DNA of 64,000 nucleotides from Candidatus Thorarchaeota archaeon (GTDB lineage Archaea; Asgardarchaeota; Thorarchaeia; Thorarchaeales; Thorarchaeaceae): NCBI GenBank assembly GCA_048882485.1, contig JBHLRP010000001.1, positions 1 to 64,000 of the forward strand, read 5' to 3'. Shown piece by piece: positions 27,093 to 37,224 of this stretch (position 1 is its first letter; each line of letters starts with the position of its first letter). The notes under the pieces were generated by a model. It saw only the letters and a program-made list of their open reading frames with translations, ran no database searches and was not told where the DNA came from. The position numbers and the translations under genes were made by a program.

Positions 27093-29693
27093 TCAGTCTT
27101 CTCTTGAACGAGCCTCGTCCTGAAGTTCCTTTAGCTTGACAAGGGCGTCAACAGGGGTCGTTCGATCTAGGTCCATGTGCCTAATACGCTCAACAATTGG
27201 GTCTTCAATGGTTAGCGCTTCTAGGCTTGTCTGGACAGGCTCATAGGCTTCGCCATTTTCTCTTAGATTTACTGCACTCTGCTTCTCCAAGCTTGCTAGC
27301 ATTGAGCGTGCTCTCTTCACAACCTCGTCAGGGATGCCTGCCAAAGCCGCTACTTGGACACCATAGCTCTTGTCGGTTCCTCCATCGACCACTTTGTGCA
27401 GAAACACAATAGTATCACCAGACTCTCTAGCCAATGTATGAACGTTTTTGACGCCATGATGAGTACTTGCCATTTCAGTCAATTGGTGGAAGTGAGTTGC
27501 GAACATGGCACGTGACTTCATCTGCACTATCCGTTCAGCCACTGCCCAAGCAAGTGCCATGCCGTCATATGTTGATGTTCCTCTCCCAATCTCATCAAGG
27601 ATGACTAAGCTCTTCTCAGTCGCATTGTTGAGGATGTTGGCAGTTTCAATCATTTCAACCATGAAGGTCGACTGGCGAGCTGTGAGATCATCAAAGGCTC
27701 CAACTCTTGTGAAGATTCTGTCTACCAAGCCAATCTCTGCAGACTTCGCCGGCACAAAGGAACCCATCTGCGCGAGGAGCACTATCAACGCGCACTGGCG
27801 CATAAATGTCGATTTACCAGCCATATTTGGACCTGTGACAATAATGAGCGAACTTCCACCGTCGCCTATCTCAACATTGTTTGGAACGAACTCATTTGCT
27901 CCGAGTATCATCTCGAGAGAAGGATGTCTACCTTCAGCAATCTTTATTCTGGTTCCATCTGTTAGTTTGGGTCTGATGTATCTCCGGTTCACTGCCACTT
28001 CTGCTAATGATGCCAGGACATCAGCAGTCGCGATAGCCTCTGAATTGGCCCGTAGTTCTTCTATTGCATCTCTGACCTGGTTTCTAAGGTTCTCATATAT
28101 CTCAAATTCGAGAGCGTTTATCTTATCCTCTCCTGCTAGAACAGCAGCTTCTTTCTCCTTTAATTCCGGAGTGATATATCTCTCCGCATTGGTCAGTGTT
28201 TGCTTCCTATCGTAGTCATCTGGAACCAGGCTTAGGTTCGACTTCGAGACCTCGATGTAATATCCAAAGACCTTATTGTACCCAACTTTCAGCGACTTGA
28301 TGCCCGTCCTTCTTCTCTCCCTCGCTTGCAGTGATGCGATCCACTTTTTATCAGATGATATTGATCCCTTCAGCCCATCAAGCTCTTCGTCAAAGCCCTC
28401 CCGAATCATTCCTCCATCACGGACACTCACAGGCGGATCATCGACGATTGCAGCTTTCAAGGTCTTTGTCAGATTCTTCAAGGGGTCAATGGACTTGGTA
28501 GAAGATTGAAGGAGTTCTGCTTTGCATTCTTCCAGCGTTTTGCGAATCCGGGGCAGTTTCTCAAGTGCAATTCTGAGACCAAGAAGGTCTCTTGCACCCG
28601 CAACCCCAAACACGATTCTGCTGGTGATTCTCTCAAGGTCTCCAAGGTTCCTTAGACTATCTGAAACCGCCTTTCGCGTGAGTGCGGTCCTTGCCAACTC
28701 ATCGACTGCATCAAGTCTTCTCTCGATTGAAGGAATATCTGTGAGTGGCTGGAGAATCCATTGTTTGAGTTTTCGCTTGCCCATTGGGGTGACGGTTTTG
28801 GATAAGACGCTAAGGAGCGTTCCGCGAGGAGTTCCATCCCTGGCATTTCGTATGAGCTCCAAGTTTCTTTGTGTAGTACTATCGACTACCATATGAGAGT
28901 CAATCGTGTAAGTCTGGACTCCAGTAAGCGTTACTACATTTGCCTTATGCACTTCCTGTAGGTAGGCCATTACAGCACCTGCGGCACCAAGAGCAACATC
29001 CTTCTCCCCCAAACCGTAGCCCTCAATCGTACTCACGCCAAATTGGTCCTTGAGTCTTTGTTCCGCATCTCTTGCTGAGAAATCCATATCGTTTCGAAAT
29101 GTCAGCGGTACTCCCAGTTCCTCAAGAGTCAATCGGATAGTCTGATTCTTCGATGTGGATTCGGGGAGTAGTATTTCTGAAGGCTTTATCCTCCCAATCT
29201 CATTCAGTGTGCTTTCGCCTAGGTAGTTACCCTCAAACTCTGTTGCGACAAACTCTCCAGTAGAAACATCAACTGCAGCCATGCCGATTGTATCCGAGTC
29301 CTCAATGATTGCGAGCAAGTAATTATTGGTGGCATCTTCCAACATGCCTGTTTCTAGGACTGTACCGGGAGTCACTACACGAACGACATCTCTCTTCACA
29401 AGGCCCTTGGCTTGGGAAGCATCTTCAACCTGATCGGCGATAGCAACAGTGTGACCAGATGCAAGGAGTTTGGCAACATAGCCATCTACTGCATGATGAG
29501 GAACTCCGCACATTGGCCACTTTGCGACTCCCTCCCCTCTGGAGGTCAATACGATGTCGAGATTCTCACTCGCCACCTTTGCATCTTCATTAAACATCTC
29601 ATAGAAATCGCCTAGTCTGAATAGCAGAACACAGTCTGGATATTGCTTTTTCAGTTCGAGATATTGCCTTTGCATAGGTGTGAGCTTCTTCAC
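27093..29693 (-). CDS. mutS: DNA mismatch repair protein MutS (MutS1)
   Basis: TPMQRQY, FRLGDFYEMF mismatch-binding motif, TGPNMAGKST, STFMVEM, DEIGRGTST, FATHF, SYGVQVA. Confidence 0.97.
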   Translation of the reverse strand: MKKLTPMQRQYLELKKQYPDCVLLFRLGDFYEMFNEDAKVASENLDIVLTSRGEGVAKWPMCGVPHHAVDGYVAKLLASGHTVAIADQVEDASQAKGLVKRDVVRVVTPGTVLETGMLEDATNNYLLAIIEDSDTIGMAAVDVSTGEFVATEFEGNYLGESTLNEIGRIKPSEILLPESTSKNQTIRLTLEELGVPLTFRNDMDFSARDAEQRLKDQFGVSTIEGYGLGEKDVALGAAGAVMAYLQEVHKANVVTLTGVQTYTIDSHMVVDSTTQRNLELIRNARDGTPRGTLLSVLSKTVTPMGKRKLKQWILQPLTDIPSIERRLDAVDELARTALTRKAVSDSLRNLGDLERITSRIVFGVAGARDLLGLRIALEKLPRIRKTLEECKAELLQSSTKSIDPLKNLTKTLKAAIVDDPPVSVRDGGMIREGFDEELDGLKGSISSDKKWIASLQARERRRTGIKSLKVGYNKVFGYYIEVSKSNLSLVPDDYDRKQTLTNAERYITPELKEKEAAVLAGEDKINALEFEIYENLRNQVRDAIEELRANSEAIATADVLASLAEVAVNRRYIRPKLTDGTRIKIAEGRHPSLEMILGANEFVPNNVEIGDGGSSLIIVTGPNMAGKSTFMRQCALIVLLAQMGSFVPAKSAEIGLVDRIFTRVGAFDDLTARQSTFMVEMIETANILNNATEKSLVILDEIGRGTSTYDGMALAWAVAERIVQMKSRAMFATHFHQLTEMASTHHGVKNVHTLARESGDTIVFLHKVVDGGTDKSYGVQVAALAGIPDEVVKRARSMLASLEKQSAVNLRENGEAYEPVQTSLEALTIEDPIVERIRHMDLDRTTPVDALVKLKELQDEARSRED

Positions 29694-30086
29694 TTCGCCT
29701 CCCTACTGCAGACTTCATTCTCAGCTTCTGACTAATAATGCCACCGCTGTGCAATATTCAGAGTTGGTGGCAAGCCTCATCCTCACTGTGCTTTCATACT
29801 AATTTTCGCCAATTATGTCATCGACTCACTCCTACGTCAACATCGACATATATCAATGGTCACAAATACAATCAATCCAAAAAAGTTTCATTCGGTAACC
29901 GGAACCAATCATAACGATTCCAGTAGTGTCCGATTTCAATAATGTTACCTTACATCCTGTATCTATTTCAATCAAATTACAATTCGTAATAAAACTCACT
30001 TCACAATAGCTTAAGGAACGAACAACTTTTTATGCTGGGGCCGTGGCTGGTTACAATACATCCATGGAGAATGGAGAATCTCAAAT

Positions 30087-31553
30087 ATGGTATACTATAA
30101 AGAGGTTCCAGAAGTCAACAAGCGGATGGTTGGAGGTTACTACCTCTTCCTGTGCTTGATTGGGTTCGCTATACTCCTTGGACCAACGGGTTCTGGCATA
30201 CCAATCACTTTAGTTGGTACGTCAGATAGAGATAAGCATGAAGCGTTGATTGCAGAACCTGACTGGGCTACAGACCCAGCTGGGTGTGCTGCAAATCCAT
30301 CATGCCATGTTGACAGATACGGTAATTGGTCAATATCATACCATGCAAGAGCCGCCGTCTTTAATGGTACTCACGTACTAATTGGAGGATTCCTAGCGAG
30401 AGATCCAGTAGATTTCAACGCAACCTGTGCTGAATGTCACACAACTAACTACAGTGCAGTGGATCAATCCTTCGACTTCTACGGCGTCAACTGCTTTGCG
30501 TGTCACAATGTAAGTGCAGCGGAATGGGTTGCCTACGATGGCGCACCATGCCTTACCTGTCACACTGGTGACCCAATGACTGATCATCCATACCAAGGTG
30601 GCTGGTGGTCAACGTCCGCGCATGCTATGTCTCTAGATGATTTAAGGGCTAGTGGCCATCCAAGAAGCAGCTGCTTGCATTGCATGACAGCTGAGGGTAC
30701 TATCTTCGGAACGAACCCAGATGAGTTGGCTACTAAATCTCCTGACGTAGACGAAACATTTGCTAACCCAGAAACGGGTAACTACAATCCCATTTCATGT
30801 CCGGCATGCCACGCAGTCCACTCAAACTGGACCGAAGCATACGAAACCACCAAGGGTGGTGCCGATGTGGTTGCTCCAGGTTACATCAGGGCTGTCAATG
30901 CTACAGAGCTCTGCGGGCTCTGTCACATTGAGCTCAGGCATCCAATGTATGAAGTCTACAAGGGAGGTCCTCATGACCTAGCTGGCGTTGAGTGTATTTC
31001 CTGTCACGGATACTCCCTCACCAGAGAGAGTGGCAATCCGTTCATAAACCACAGCTTTGCACTCAATCTCACCGCCGCTTGCGGCCAGAGTGATACTTGC
31101 CACATGGACACTGAGGACTGGGCATTTGGTCAGCTTGAAATGATTCAGGACGCCTTTGCGGCGCTCTCTACTGAGTTCTACGCTGAAGCAGATGCCTTGA
31201 GAGCCCTTATTGTTGCCTACAATGACACAGAAGGAGCTGACCAGACTCTTGCCGCCGATCTCGTAGCTGAGATTGATGATGCAGAGTATGTGTTCGACCT
31301 TCTAGGCTACGACAGATCGCAAGGATTCCATAATCCTGGAACTATCTTCGAGGAAATGAACGCTGCCTACAGAGATTTGCTGGAGGCGAAAGCGACTTTC
31401 TATGAGAGTGTTCCTGAAGAGGTCATTGTGACTGTCACTACCACTCACACCGTCGAAGTGGTGGGAGGCGATATGCTTCTTACCATTGCAGGCAGTGTTG
31501 GCGGTATCGTCATTGGTTTGGTTCTAGGAATTCTCGTCGGACGTCGACGATAG
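30087..31553 (+). CDS. Membrane-anchored multiheme cytochrome c with NrfA/c552-like helical C-terminal region
   Basis: Signal/TM helix; six CxxCH (CAECH, CFACH, CLTCH, CPACH, CGLCH, CISCH), two CX5CH, one CxxCM; DRSQGFHNP; C-terminal TM and RRR. Confidence 0.88.
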   Translation: MVYYKEVPEVNKRMVGGYYLFLCLIGFAILLGPTGSGIPITLVGTSDRDKHEALIAEPDWATDPAGCAANPSCHVDRYGNWSISYHARAAVFNGTHVLIGGFLARDPVDFNATCAECHTTNYSAVDQSFDFYGVNCFACHNVSAAEWVAYDGAPCLTCHTGDPMTDHPYQGGWWSTSAHAMSLDDLRASGHPRSSCLHCMTAEGTIFGTNPDELATKSPDVDETFANPETGNYNPISCPACHAVHSNWTEAYETTKGGADVVAPGYIRAVNATELCGLCHIELRHPMYEVYKGGPHDLAGVECISCHGYSLTRESGNPFINHSFALNLTAACGQSDTCHMDTEDWAFGQLEMIQDAFAALSTEFYAEADALRALIVAYNDTEGADQTLAADLVAEIDDAEYVFDLLGYDRSQGFHNPGTIFEEMNAAYRDLLEAKATFYESVPEEVIVTVTTTHTVEVVGGDMLLTIAGSVGGIVIGLVLGILVGRRR

Positions 31554-31587
31554 GGCGAACAAGGTTGGAATAAGCTCATGGGCGACT

Positions 31588-31622
31588 ACGGATGCAAATG
31601 CATCCGTTTCCCCTATTTTTTC
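31588..31622 (+). terminator. Hairpin plus T-tract terminator
   Basis: ACGGATGCA/TGCATCCGT inverted repeat (31588-31607) followed by a T tract at 31616-21. Confidence 0.6.
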
Positions 31623-31728
31623 ACCTATGAGTTCCGCGTGCGTTCATGACGCTCGCAGTATGCCGTTCGGATAACTTCAAAAGGTCCATGACTTGGACCG
31701 CAAACTTGTCTTAGGAGATATTGATTCA

Positions 31729-33957
31729 ATGCAACGACAATTGATAGTTGCTACGATTCTGGTAACAATCGTGGCTTCGAGCACAATGAGTGCAGAACCA
31801 GTTTCCATTCAAAATGGTTCAGCATTCCTTCTAGAGGATGTGCCGTATCCTGCACAAGAAGAAGCTCAATACAATGTGAGTTCCTACTATGACTTTGCCT
31901 TGGCAACCTCAGATATTATGATTCAGAATCTAGTTGATGCAGAATATGGAACGGTGTTCCATTTGGGTCTACCTGACTGGAGCGCCACAGCATGGACTGC
32001 TTTGGGTGGCTCCATTCCAGTGCAAAGTCTAGTAGACTATTATTGGGCCATCGCATCTATGAGCAGAGTCTACAATATGACTGGAAGCACAAACACAACG
32101 CTCTCCGAGATTATTTCAAGAGTAGCGTTCACAATGAATGAGCTTTTCTTGGACTCATCTTATCCTGGTTACTTTGTGTATAGGGCTATAGGTTCAGCAC
32201 ATCTTTCCCCCGCTGTCATCGACCTATTAGAATCAAAAAGAGCCGGAATACAAGCCTATGCGTATTTCGCTCTTTCAATGGCTGAAGATGTTAACTCGAC
32301 TTTGGATTTCACAGCTGAGAAGGCATCCGCTATCAGTGCATTGACGGACATCCTATATGATGAAACATATGGAGGTCTTTCATTCATTGCATATCGGAAT
32401 GGCACAATAACTGATGAGGCTATTGAAACATATCCAAATAGCGGCAAACGGCTTGATCATCTTGCACTCGGCGCCTTTGCTCTCTATGATGCAGGTGTGG
32501 AATACTCCAACTCAACAATGACAGCCATGGCGGCAAATTCTGTTGACTTCATGATTAGCCATATGAGCCGATACAATGAGAGCATCTATCAGGGCCTCAA
32601 GATCGCAACAAACAGCTCTGGAGGCGAGCCAAGTGTTGGTGCGCTTTCCAGACCTCCATCGGTTGTCATAACTGACTTGAATGCAATGGCGATTCGCACT
32701 CTCCTAAGAGGCTACCAAATATCGGGCAATAGCACGCTTCTGGAGTGGGCTGAAAAGACGCATGATGCACTGCTTTCCTATAACTGGGATCAGGACTTTG
32801 GTGCATGGTATGCAGAAACATTGAACGGAATCCCCTACGCCCCTGCGGATTACGAAGGTACAGAGTATTACAAAACAACTGAGATTCAATTCCAGATGGT
32901 TCGTGCAGAGGAAGAGCTATACGAAGCGACCTTGAATACATTCTATATCCAGCTAATCATTGATACATTGGATATCGTGCTTTCAAAACTTTGGGACAAA
33001 ATCTATGAAGGATTCTATTTCAACGGAGATCGAGAGTTCAATGTCTTCGACGAGGAATGGCAATATCACTATACTGGAGTCCAAGCTTTGGGAATGCTTG
33101 CCTTGGAGCGAGTCTGGAGCTATGGTCTCCCGGTCATTTCCTATGTTCGAGTTACTCCCACAAATCCTCGTCCTATAGATGAAATTACATTCTTGGCAAC
33201 AGTGCTAGATGCAGATGGTGTTGACACAGTCATCGCCAATTGTAGTGTGGCCTCTGGAGGAGTGACCAATACTACAATAATTGAGCTAGATCCGAGTCCT
33301 GGTTTCGGCGGAGTATATAACAGCACAATCAATAGCATGCCGGATGGCACTCAGGTCAATTTTGTGATAATAGCCAATGATACCTTAGGCAAGGTCTTTG
33401 TTGCCGGTTCGTACTATTTTGCGGTTCGTGAAGATATCTGGGAGCCTGTTGTTCTGCTAAGAACTGTATATCCATCCAATGAGGTTAGGGTTGGTGACAA
33501 TGTCATCGTGGAATTTGGAACGTATGAGTTCCCGACCCATTGCTTCCTTGAGTCGCTCCAGTTATACTGGAAAGTCAATGACGGATTATATGAGCCGAAG
33601 AATCTCACATTATTTGGTGCTGATGAGCAATATCTGGTCTGGCAGGCGGAGCTTGGAAGGTTTGCCGAGGGAGATGTGGTTTCATACTATTGTGTTGCCG
33701 AGGATGAATCAGGCAACGTTGGGGAGAGCGCTTTCTATCGATTAACAATACTTGGGCCTCCAATATTCGTAACACCTTGGTCTCAATGGCAGACATTTGC
33801 TGCTATTGGTCTAGTTGTAGCTCCTGGTATCGGCTACGGCATCACAAGAATTCGAAGAGAACGGGCACAGTCCACTCAGCGGGAATTGAAAAAAGAAGCT
33901 CGAAAGAAGTCTACCAAGAAAAGACCAAGGCGAAGAAGGTCAACAAGAGGAGGCTAA
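31729..33957 (+). CDS. Secreted, membrane-anchored (alpha/alpha)-toroid (YyaL/AGE-like) protein with Ig-like domains
   Basis: Signal peptide; helical repeats such as DLNAMAIRTLLRGYQISG...WDQDFGAWY; beta-rich C-terminal domains; TM and Lys/Arg-rich tail; AGGAG before ATG 31729. Confidence 0.6.
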   Translation: MQRQLIVATILVTIVASSTMSAEPVSIQNGSAFLLEDVPYPAQEEAQYNVSSYYDFALATSDIMIQNLVDAEYGTVFHLGLPDWSATAWTALGGSIPVQSLVDYYWAIASMSRVYNMTGSTNTTLSEIISRVAFTMNELFLDSSYPGYFVYRAIGSAHLSPAVIDLLESKRAGIQAYAYFALSMAEDVNSTLDFTAEKASAISALTDILYDETYGGLSFIAYRNGTITDEAIETYPNSGKRLDHLALGAFALYDAGVEYSNSTMTAMAANSVDFMISHMSRYNESIYQGLKIATNSSGGEPSVGALSRPPSVVITDLNAMAIRTLLRGYQISGNSTLLEWAEKTHDALLSYNWDQDFGAWYAETLNGIPYAPADYEGTEYYKTTEIQFQMVRAEEELYEATLNTFYIQLIIDTLDIVLSKLWDKIYEGFYFNGDREFNVFDEEWQYHYTGVQALGMLALERVWSYGLPVISYVRVTPTNPRPIDEITFLATVLDADGVDTVIANCSVASGGVTNTTIIELDPSPGFGGVYNSTINSMPDGTQVNFVIIANDTLGKVFVAGSYYFAVREDIWEPVVLLRTVYPSNEVRVGDNVIVEFGTYEFPTHCFLESLQLYWKVNDGLYEPKNLTLFGADEQYLVWQAELGRFAEGDVVSYYCVAEDESGNVGESAFYRLTILGPPIFVTPWSQWQTFAAIGLVVAPGIGYGITRIRRERAQSTQRELKKEARKKSTKKRPRRRRSTRGG

Positions 33958-33975
33958 CAAAGGAGAGATACTAAG

Positions 33976-36045
33976 ATGGAAATTGGAACGATATTACTCA
34001 TTGCAGCAATAGTAGCTGGCGCAGCTGATATAGTAGTCCTACTTCTGGGGCCCAGAATAAGAAACTATGATACAATCTCTATGATGATGGTATCAATAGG
34101 CACTCTATCTGCTCTCGGTGCAGTAATCTATATGCTGAGCCTCATCTTTGGAAATCAGTTTCAGTTCGAGTATGTGTATCTGACAACGGATTCTGCGGCT
34201 GTCTGGTGGTTGAAGATATCATCGCTCTGGGCGGGGCAACAGGGCTCTCTACTATTCTGGACTGCCATTTCATTTCTTTTGGTGATGACTTACCGAGTTG
34301 TAACTCGAGGATATGAAGATGATACAATTGTATACAGAGGAGCAATTCTTGTAGCGTTACAGACTGTTTTAATTGCAGTGAATGCATGGGCATCAGATCC
34401 ATTCAGATTAGTCGAAGGAAGCATTCCTGCCGAAGGCTTGGGACTTAACCCACTTCTAAGCACATTTTGGAATGCAATCCATCCACCAATTGTCTTCATT
34501 GCCTATGCAATTGCTGTCATACCATTCTCTGTCAAGCTCGCAGGCTTTACTGTACGCTCTGAAGAGCGAAATGCAGAGCCTATACCTGTTCTGGAGTCTC
34601 TTACTCGATTCATGACAGTGGCCTCGTGGCTTATACTCTCACTAGGAATTGCCATCGGAGCATTCTGGGCTTACACAGTTCTCGGTTGGGGTGGATATTG
34701 GGCATGGGATCCCGTGGAAACAACTTCACTTGTTCCATGGTTGCTTCTTACTGCATACTACCATGCTAACGCGGTCTTCAAAGAGAATGATGTTTTGCGA
34801 GACTCCTTCTTGGTATTCACTTATGTGACAGTGATATACGCCACTTGGGTGACTAGGAGTGGGGTGCTCAATTCGGTACATGGATTCTCAATCACCTTAG
34901 TCAGCTGGACTATGCTTGCAACCGTTCTATTCAATTTCTTGCTGGCCACCTTACTCACCATCAGAGCAGGTTATGTGGATATGCAGGATGAAGACGATGA
35001 TCAGGGTTGGAGATTCTTCTCACTATCCAACCTTAGGGATTTTTCGCTAAAAGTCGCCTTGATTGGCATCCTAGTGATTCTCACCACATCAGTAGCTGGA
35101 GTTGTATTGCCGGCGGCAATCAATCTTGGCGAAGCCATTATTGATCCTCTTGGGTTTACCGAGAATATGGTTTCGGTGGGATTAGAGTTCTTTAGGGCTG
35201 GGTTCTATCTAGGCTCACTGTTTCTAATTGCCTCAGCATTCTATTGTATGAGAAGCACAATCTTTCGTGCAAGGTTGAAATCGATATTGGTCTTAGCTCT
35301 AATTGGTGTGGGAGCAATACTAGCCATCCTAACGGTCACTACCGAACAAGCTCTACCTACACTTTATTGGCCAGCTAATGCACTGATTCCGTTGGGAATT
35401 GGAGGAGTAGCATATCTTGTCATTGCTTTTGCTCGTACAATGGCTGGGAGAGAAGGTGGCGCTTTCACAATGAGGCGCATGGGTCGACTTATGCTCCATT
35501 TAGGGCTCGTGGTTCTATTACTCGGTGTCTTTCTGAGTGAGAATGTGGTGATTGATCAGCGCAATTCCTACCTAGAGGGTGACTCTGCACAACTTGGTGC
35601 TTCAGGTATTGAAGTGGGAGTATCTGACATCAATCTAATCTATTGGAACAATCAATACGATTTTGAAATGCGTGTTCTGGTGCAGATTTTAGACGGTGGA
35701 TTTGCTTGGCTCGGAATAGTAGTAGTTAAGGGTAATCCAGAATGGCAACAGGTGTCCCAAGAAGTATTTGTGCAATCCACAGCCTTCAGAGACGTGTTCA
35801 TATCAGTCCGCACGTTCAACGACCTAGGTGGTGGCACTTTTACTGTGGACCTTGAAGCAAGGGTTCTTCCTTTGGTTTCATTCGTATGGCTTGGCACTTT
35901 CCTAATGATAATGGCCCTGCTACCTTTGAGTGCCATGGAGTTGTCTAACCTGCGAAGGGCTATTAAAGGGAGACAAGAAGACCTCTATGGTCCCACGGAG
36001 GATGACACCGAAGAGGAACTCCTAATATCTGCTGAAAATGAATGA
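33976..36045 (+). CDS. ccmF: Cytochrome c maturation heme lyase CcmF
   Basis: LWAGQQGSLLFW, GLNPLL, IHPP, WGGYWAWDPVE, TRSGVLNSVHGF, LHLG. Confidence 0.93.
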   Translation: MEIGTILLIAAIVAGAADIVVLLLGPRIRNYDTISMMMVSIGTLSALGAVIYMLSLIFGNQFQFEYVYLTTDSAAVWWLKISSLWAGQQGSLLFWTAISFLLVMTYRVVTRGYEDDTIVYRGAILVALQTVLIAVNAWASDPFRLVEGSIPAEGLGLNPLLSTFWNAIHPPIVFIAYAIAVIPFSVKLAGFTVRSEERNAEPIPVLESLTRFMTVASWLILSLGIAIGAFWAYTVLGWGGYWAWDPVETTSLVPWLLLTAYYHANAVFKENDVLRDSFLVFTYVTVIYATWVTRSGVLNSVHGFSITLVSWTMLATVLFNFLLATLLTIRAGYVDMQDEDDDQGWRFFSLSNLRDFSLKVALIGILVILTTSVAGVVLPAAINLGEAIIDPLGFTENMVSVGLEFFRAGFYLGSLFLIASAFYCMRSTIFRARLKSILVLALIGVGAILAILTVTTEQALPTLYWPANALIPLGIGGVAYLVIAFARTMAGREGGAFTMRRMGRLMLHLGLVVLLLGVFLSENVVIDQRNSYLEGDSAQLGASGIEVGVSDINLIYWNNQYDFEMRVLVQILDGGFAWLGIVVVKGNPEWQQVSQEVFVQSTAFRDVFISVRTFNDLGGGTFTVDLEARVLPLVSFVWLGTFLMIMALLPLSAMELSNLRRAIKGRQEDLYGPTEDDTEEELLISAENE

Positions 36046-36069
36046 TAAAGGCCATTTTATCTAAGTCTA

Positions 36070-36111
36070 TGCCACTAAAGTGTCTATTTTAGTGGCACAC
36101 ACTTTCTTTTC
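36070..36111 (+). terminator. Hairpin plus T-rich terminator after ccmF
   Basis: TGCCACTAAA/TTTAGTGGCA 10-bp stem (36070-79/36088-97) followed by TTTCTTTT. Confidence 0.7.
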
Positions 36112-36133
36112 TATTATAGGGAAATTTATGAAC

Positions 36134-36154
36134 TAGGTTACTAATTGTATCCTA
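36134..36154. promoter_or_regulatory. Palindromic operator candidate
   Basis: TAGGTTAC-N5-GTATCCTA (7 of 8 arm positions) just downstream of TTTATG, upstream of the flavoprotein gene. Confidence 0.5.
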
Positions 36155-36186
36155 CGTCGGCATTCTAGTGCTTTGAAGGTTTCAGA

Positions 36187-36819
36187 ATGGCAAGGGTCCT
36201 AGGCATTTCTGGCAGCAATAGGCAAGGTGGCAACACATCAATTCTTGTTGAAACCGCCCTTGATGCCGCAGAGGAGTATGGTGCTAGTATCGAGTTCATT
36301 GAGCTTGCTGATTTTGACATCAATCCGTGCAAACATTATTTGAAATGCTATGAACTTGGGCGCTGTAGTCAAGATGATGACTTGAATTCTATAATTGAAA
36401 AGATGTACAATGCCCATGGCATCATATTTGGCTCTCCTGTGCATTATGCAAGCGTTACATCTCAAATGAAGAGCTTTCTGGATCGTGTTGGCCGTTTCGC
36501 TCACCTTGAGGGTAAGATTGGCGCGGCATTTGCGGTAGCAAGAAAGTCTGGAGCGGACATTGCCCTTAATCAAATGCTTTTCTTCATGCTTGTAAAGGAG
36601 ATGATTGTTCCTGGGGGGGTTTCTTGGCCAATAGGATTTGCCATGAATGTAGGCGATATCAGAAACGATATGGAAGCCATGCGAATGGCTCGCCAGATGG
36701 GCAGACGCGTGGCAATTCTTTCGGACCTAGTGGCCAAAGTTCCCGTTCCTTGGTATTATGAGCCCCGACCTGTTGATGAGAAGGCGAGGTTTGGGGACGA
36801 ATGGCGGACAGCTAACTAG
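36187..36819 (+). CDS. Iron-sulfur flavoprotein / NADPH-dependent FMN reductase family (Isf-like)
   Basis: GISGSNRQGGNT, PCKHYLKC.....C, FGSPVHY, MKSFLDR. Confidence 0.85.
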   Translation: MARVLGISGSNRQGGNTSILVETALDAAEEYGASIEFIELADFDINPCKHYLKCYELGRCSQDDDLNSIIEKMYNAHGIIFGSPVHYASVTSQMKSFLDRVGRFAHLEGKIGAAFAVARKSGADIALNQMLFFMLVKEMIVPGGVSWPIGFAMNVGDIRNDMEAMRMARQMGRRVAILSDLVAKVPVPWYYEPRPVDEKARFGDEWRTAN

Positions 36820-36837
36820 ATGCTTGTAGTATCAGTT

Positions 36838-37218
36838 TCATGTTTCATATTTGCTTGGACATTGTGCAAGGATCTGAGAGGCACGTATTACTAGCTCTTC
36901 GCCATCCTCGAGAATTCCTATTGCCACCATGTCTTGACCGTCAGTCAATGTCGGCAGGTCTCCTTCAACAATAATCAATATGCTATTGCTGTCTCCATCC
37001 AGTACCAGCGTTACATTTCCAGGATCAATCGAGATAGAGCCCGGTTGAAGAGTTCCCTTTACTTGAATCAATCGTCCAGTGTATGCATCAGGATTCTCAA
37101 CCACAGCGTCAACACTGATGTAGGGGTCAACAAAGAAGTTTAGCATTCCATATGCGACGACACCTACTACTACAACAAGGACACCTGCAATCAATAGCAT
37201 GCGCGTCTTTTTCTTCAT
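36838..37218 (-). CDS. ccmE: Heme chaperone CcmE, CxxxY variant
   Basis: N-terminal TM, OB-fold-like body, C-terminal AQCPSKY. Confidence 0.9.
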   Translation of the reverse strand: MKKKTRMLLIAGVLVVVVGVVAYGMLNFFVDPYISVDAVVENPDAYTGRLIQVKGTLQPGSISIDPGNVTLVLDGDSNSILIIVEGDLPTLTDGQDMVAIGILEDGEELVIRASQILAQCPSKYET

Positions 37219-37224
37219 CGATTC

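Noticed and set aside
27505..28215. 236-aa plus-strand ORF and the many other short overlapping ORFs in the track
   Set aside because: Antisense or alternate-frame shadows of well-supported genes (here mutS), with no motifs or RBS
29740..29773. TGCCACC...GGTGGCA inverted repeat upstream of mutS
   Set aside because: Only a 7-bp stem with poorly paired interior; could be chance
30087..31553. Calling the multiheme cytochrome nrfA
   Set aside because: No CxxCK motif, a different heme count and no nrfH neighbour; only the C-terminal motif is similar
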